Of a stretch of 64,000 bases of DNA, positions 59,758-64,000 are shown piece by piece. The translations under genes were made by a program, and so were the position numbers. The notes under the pieces were generated by a model that saw nothing but the letters and a program-made list of their open reading frames with translations, made no database searches and was not told the DNA's origin. The DNA comes from the human T2T-CHM13v2.0 reference genome, Homo sapiens. The stretch is from the NCBI RefSeq assembly GCF_009914755.1, contig NC_060934.1. One strand, written 5' to 3'. How positions within the stretch are numbered: position 1 is the stretch's first letter; every line of letters begins with the position of its first letter.

Positions 59758-59865
59758 ATAAAGAAAGAGCAGGGAGGGGAGAGGGAAGGAAGGAGAGAGG
59801 GGAAGGAAAGAAAGTGAAAAGATGGAGGGAGGAATGAAGAGAGAAAGAAAGGAAGGAAACAGAAA
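59758..59865. repeat. GA-rich low-complexity tract
   Basis: Purine-dominated gaag/ggaa/gagg runs. Confidence 0.8.
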
Positions 59866-60026
59866 CAGTATCACTTACCTATGCAAAATTACAAATTACA
59901 GAATTAATAAATGAAATAAAAGATATCCAGCCAGAAAAAAGACCAGATGGAATTTATTATAAATAATTCAAACAATATAAAAAGCGTTAAAGATCTCTAT
60001 CTCCAAGGGTGGGGTCCTCATGGAGC

Positions 60027-61406
60027 ATGTCAAAAGAAAGTATGATGATGTCATCAAGGAAACATTCATTTCAAGAAATACAGTATTTCCTGGACTCAGG
60101 CTAAGATCAGGGATTAGTAATCCAGTTTAAGTCAGGATTGTGGGGAAAAAACTGGCTGAGAATTTATGTGGAAAAAATCTGGCTGAGAATTTCTGTACAC
60201 TGAAAATTCCTTTTAATCACCTCAAAGCTAGAAATGATATATGTGTAAACACAGTATGTGCCACATGCCCCAATATAGTTCATATTATTAAAGTGTTAGC
60301 TAACAGCGTAGCTTCCTCATGAGTCCAGACCCAGGGTTTGACTCAATGGTAATGGAAATGATGGAAGGGAGATAGCTCTTTCACAGCATGGCCCAGCACA
60401 AGCATTTTACAGAGCAGCAAGTCAGCCAAGTACCAAAGCAGATAGCTCTGACTCCACAGCACTGTCATATGTTAGAGATCACATATAGGGAGCTTATGCC
60501 TGACAATCTGCCCTTGAAGGATAATCTTACGGATGCCCCAGTGACATTTATAACTGAATTTGTCAAAACTCACCAAAGCGACATGACCAAAACGCCAGTT
60601 CACCCTTTATTAGGCAGCACCTCAGGAGATGCGAGAATTCCTCAGAAGAGTTTGGCATCATATCTACCTTGCTAACATGATACACTTACAACCAGGACTG
60701 TGGTAGGTGGACTGTCAGGGTAATTACCTACACGATGCTATGTGGAGTCTCTCCTTTTTACTCCAAATGCAATAGCAAGACAATCCCAAAATACATGTGG
60801 AGAAAGATCCTGAAAGAGAAGCAGTGACAAGTTTCAAGCACAGGCCTGAAGCCAGACCTCAGAGGTGAGCAAGATGTGAGAAAACTCCATGAGGTCAACC
60901 TAGAGGAGAGGTCTACCATCAAGGGAGTGGGGAGCAGATGAAACCCAATTTGACTGAATCTCTGTGTAATGGGCTGCTCTGCACTCAACTGATGGTGGAG
61001 AAGACAAAGGCTGCAGGAATCTAGCAGGCTCATGTACTATAATCAGCCTTAACCCCCTGCACTCTGTGAATAACCCCATTCTAAGAAAGAGAATGCTACT
61101 TTCATCAAGCCAAAGGACAATGTTTCCATCTATGGTTGTGATAATGGAGTGAAGGATTTGAATGCTGACATGGGGAAACTCTGAGATATGATGCTCTGTG
61201 TATTCTCTCAAAGGATAGAAAAAAAATAAAGATAAGAAGCTTAATGAAGCCATACATGAGTTTTGGATTATAGCAGGGATGCAAATTCCAAAATGATATT
61301 CTGCAGAGCTTCAGCTGGAATGTTGTGAAATCAAACATAAAATAGATTCACTAAGACTGGCAGAAATTGTGTAGAAAAGCAAACCACATCTCATGAATCC
61401 AATTAA
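60027..61406 (+). pseudogene. MAPKAPK5P1: Processed pseudogene of MAPK-activated protein kinase 5 (MAPKAPK5/MK5/PRAK); probably MAPKAPK5P1 if human
   Basis: Collinear, intronless matches to recalled MK5 protein across its whole length. Start MSKES at 60027. 'LKIPFNHLKARND...CATCPNIVHIIKVLANSV' matches LKILLDRPKARNE...CATHPNIVQIIEVFANSV. 'QHKHFTEQQVSQVPKQIAL..HCH...YRELMPDNL.LKDN..DAPV' matches QHRHFTEKQASQVTKQIAL..HCH..HRDLKPENLLFKDN..DAPV. 'PLHSVNNPILRKR' is at 61054-61092, and the C-terminus QTTSHES-N-stop ends at 61406. Many frameshifts and stops. The parent identity is secure; the P1 name is from memory. Confidence 0.93.
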
Positions 61407-62154
61407 TGACAATTTGAAAAAATATTTTTTAAAAAATATGAAAAAATATTCCCTAAATGAATTTTATATATTTTATTACATTTTGATACAGTTTAATAAT
61501 GCTATATATGTAAATACAGAAATCATTGGTAGTAAAGTATTAAGAAAAACTCACTTCCTAGAAATATTATGTTAGAACTGCTTATTCTTATGTTCATAAG
61601 GCAGTAGATGGTATTACCCAACAAGGTTCTTCAGTAATAAAGTAAATAAACCAACTATGAACAGTAAGCAAGAAACCAAGTATAGTGACATTTCTGCTTA
61701 ATAAGCACTTAAATTTTTAAAAAGTCACCCCGAGTTTCACAACCTGACTATAACCACTGTGGACATTTTGAACATTCTTTCAGACATCATTCGGAAACTG
61801 TATGTATCTATAAAATGTACATCTGCAATTTTATACACAGAGAATACTGCAATTGCACCTGCTGTTTGGTGGTCTGGTCCTTTTCAATTAATAATATATT
61901 ATGGACATACTTTGAAGTTACTACATGAACTTATATGTCTTTAGTTTTAATGGCTATATAATCTTGCATTGATTTTCTTAACTCAGCTTTCCTCTACAAA
62001 GCTCCTACTCAGGAAATTTTAGGTTCTTCTCAGTTTTCTGGAATTGTGAAGTATAATAAGTGGAATATCCTTTTATATATGCCATCATACATTTAGTTAT
62101 TCCTCTGGAAAAGAGATTAATCAGTTTTTGCACAAAGTGCAAAATCTGTTGCTT

Positions 62155-62295
62155 GAAAAGCACTGAACTGTGAATCAGGAAACCTAAAGTCTAGAGCTAG
62201 TTTTCATTTCTTTCACTTCCTCTTTTCTGTCTCAGTATGCATGAAAGAAAATAAGAGAATAAGAAAGATGTCTAAGACTCTTCTAAGCTTTAAAC
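62155..62295 (+). mobile_element. MIR/MIR3 fragment
   Basis: 'aaagcactgaactgtgaatcaggaaaccta...tctgtctcagt...tctaagactcttctaagcttta'. Confidence 0.55.
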
Positions 62296-62744
62296 TTCAA
62301 CTCAACAAGTAAAAATATTCTTAAAAGTAACATATTAAAAACCATTTATATCTGGTTTTATCATGTATTTGTATGAAATTATAAATTTTAATCCATTGAT
62401 TTAATCAAATACTTTTATTTATTCTCTCATAGGCTCTGTATGTTTGTCTAAATGATGGATGAAAGTCAGAATATATATTTTGTAGTTATTTGCATGTGAA
62501 AACCTTAGCAGAGGATGTGGCATGTAAACCACAAACTACTTCCAGTCTTAGATTTTGTTAGGATTTTAGTAACATGATAGATTTTTTAAATACATAAACA
62601 TAAACATTTCCTATTTTGTCACAAACAACACTACAAGGGTATTAAACTATACACAGACCTTCGGCAGGTAGTTGAAGTCTGAAAAGGATTTGAAAGGTGA
62701 TCTCAATTATTTTCATAGCATCTCTTGATGATGAGGTACAAATG

Positions 62745-62885
62745 GTTGGGATTATTCTTACCTCCGTTTTACAGATGAGAAAACTAAGGAACAGGAATGG
62801 AGAAACTTGTCCAAGATTGTGCGGCAAGCCAATGTCAGAGACTCTTGGTTGAACTCAACATTCAACTTCCTGATCCAGGACATTA
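62745..62885 (-). mobile_element. MIR SINE fragment
   Basis: 'ctccgttttacagatgagaaaactaagg...aacttgtccaagatt'. Confidence 0.75.
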
Positions 62886-63268
62886 GCTGCCAGCATCAAA
62901 CATCAGAGAAATCTTAATATCAGTGACATCTACTTGCTGTAGTAGAGGCACAGGTTATTATAGCATCAAATGACATACTATGTTATAAATTTCCAAACTT
63001 TACTTTTAATGTTAATACATATTATTGATTATGGAGCATAGACATAGACCATTTATAATATATTGAAAGCCTAAAAACTCATACCATTTATTATGATAAA
63101 TGTATTTGTATAAATCGGAATTTATGTTGCATATATATTACAAATACAATAAATATTTATGAACATAGAATGCTTAGAAGAGCAAAAACCCCAAGACCCA
63201 CAGGGCATCATGGGTTACAATATTTTAAAATGGAGATATGATACACAATCCTTAAAAATCAAGATCTA

Positions 63269-63568
63269 GGCTGGGCGCGGTGGCTCACGCCTGTAATCCC
63301 AGCACTTTGGGAGGCTGAGGTGGGTGAATCACCAGAGGTCAGGAGTTCAAGACCAGCCTGGCCAACATGGTGAAACCCCATCTCTACTAAAAATACAAAA
63401 ATCAGATGGGCGTGATGGCACACGCCTATAATCCCAGCTACTCAGGAGGCTGAGGCAGGAAAATCACTTGAACCCAGGAGGCGGAGGTTGCAGTGAGCTG
63501 AGATCGTGTCACTTCACTTCAGTCTGGGTGACAAAGCGAGGCTCCGTCTCAAAAAATAAAAATAAATG
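63269..63568 (+). mobile_element. AluSx/Sz
   Basis: Full dimer with an A-rich tail. TSD aaaatcaagat(c/t)ta at 63255-63268 and 63569-63582. Confidence 0.97.
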
Positions 63569-64000
63569 AAAATCAAGATTTAGAATAATATTTAATAACA
63601 AAAATATTTGTGCAATATTAAGTGAGAAAACAACTTACAAATAGTGGACATTGTAGAATACCAATTTTATAAAATCTAGCTCTAGATAAAGCACCTAGGG
63701 ATATTCCTAGAACAAAAATGAAGAGTCTACAGAGGAAAAACGATTATTGAGGATTTCCTTCATATATGTATATGAGATATATATATCACATATTTATGAT
63801 CTTTTTTCTGAATTTTCCATATTTTTACTTTAAATCATTGATCCTGATTATATTCAGTACAAATAATAAGAACATACACCAAATTCTATTTTCCTGACTG
63901 TGAATAATTATTGGTATCTTAAATCGATTTTGAAATTAATTACCACTTAGCTAATTGCTTCATATCAGTATCCAAATTCAAGACATATTTTTCTAAAACA

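Noticed and set aside
60140-60675. A functional kinase CDS
   Set aside because: The reading frame is broken repeatedly, and the catalytic Asp/Lys and DFG motif are mutated. Called as a pseudogene instead.
61201-61240. Inferring which MAPKAPK5 splice isoform (with or without GK) was retrocopied
   Set aside because: The diagnostic site has decayed into an A homopolymer, so its length is uninformative.

Overview
This is AT-rich, gene-poor primate genomic DNA. AluY, AluS and L1PA elements point to a catarrhine, probably human or ape. I found no intact protein-coding gene, RNA gene or CRISPR array. The one gene-derived feature is an old, intronless, frameshifted processed pseudogene of the kinase MAPKAPK5 (MK5/PRAK) at about 60027-61406 (+). 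The rest is mostly layered transposable elements. These include a 3.2-kb 5'-truncated L1PA4/5, two 5'-inverted (twin-primed) L1s and a near full-length ancient L1M (about 37.1-47.4 kb) with nested insertions. There are also two complete MaLR (MST) proviruses, many solo LTRs (MLT1, MLT2, MER21, MER34, MER57, LTR9-like, LTR16-like), seven Alus plus a FLAM, L2/MIR relics and Tigger/MER5 DNA transposons. The most unusual structures are a rearranged locus at 50.3-51.2 kb (42-bp and 21-bp direct repeats, a foreign insert, a possible cryptic exon) and a perfect 18-bp inverted repeat at 31642-31679. Both LTRs of one provirus also carry independent insertions at the same homologous site. I see no convincing evidence of a new biological system. 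Repeat subfamily names come from recalled consensus sequences and need RepeatMasker/Dfam confirmation.
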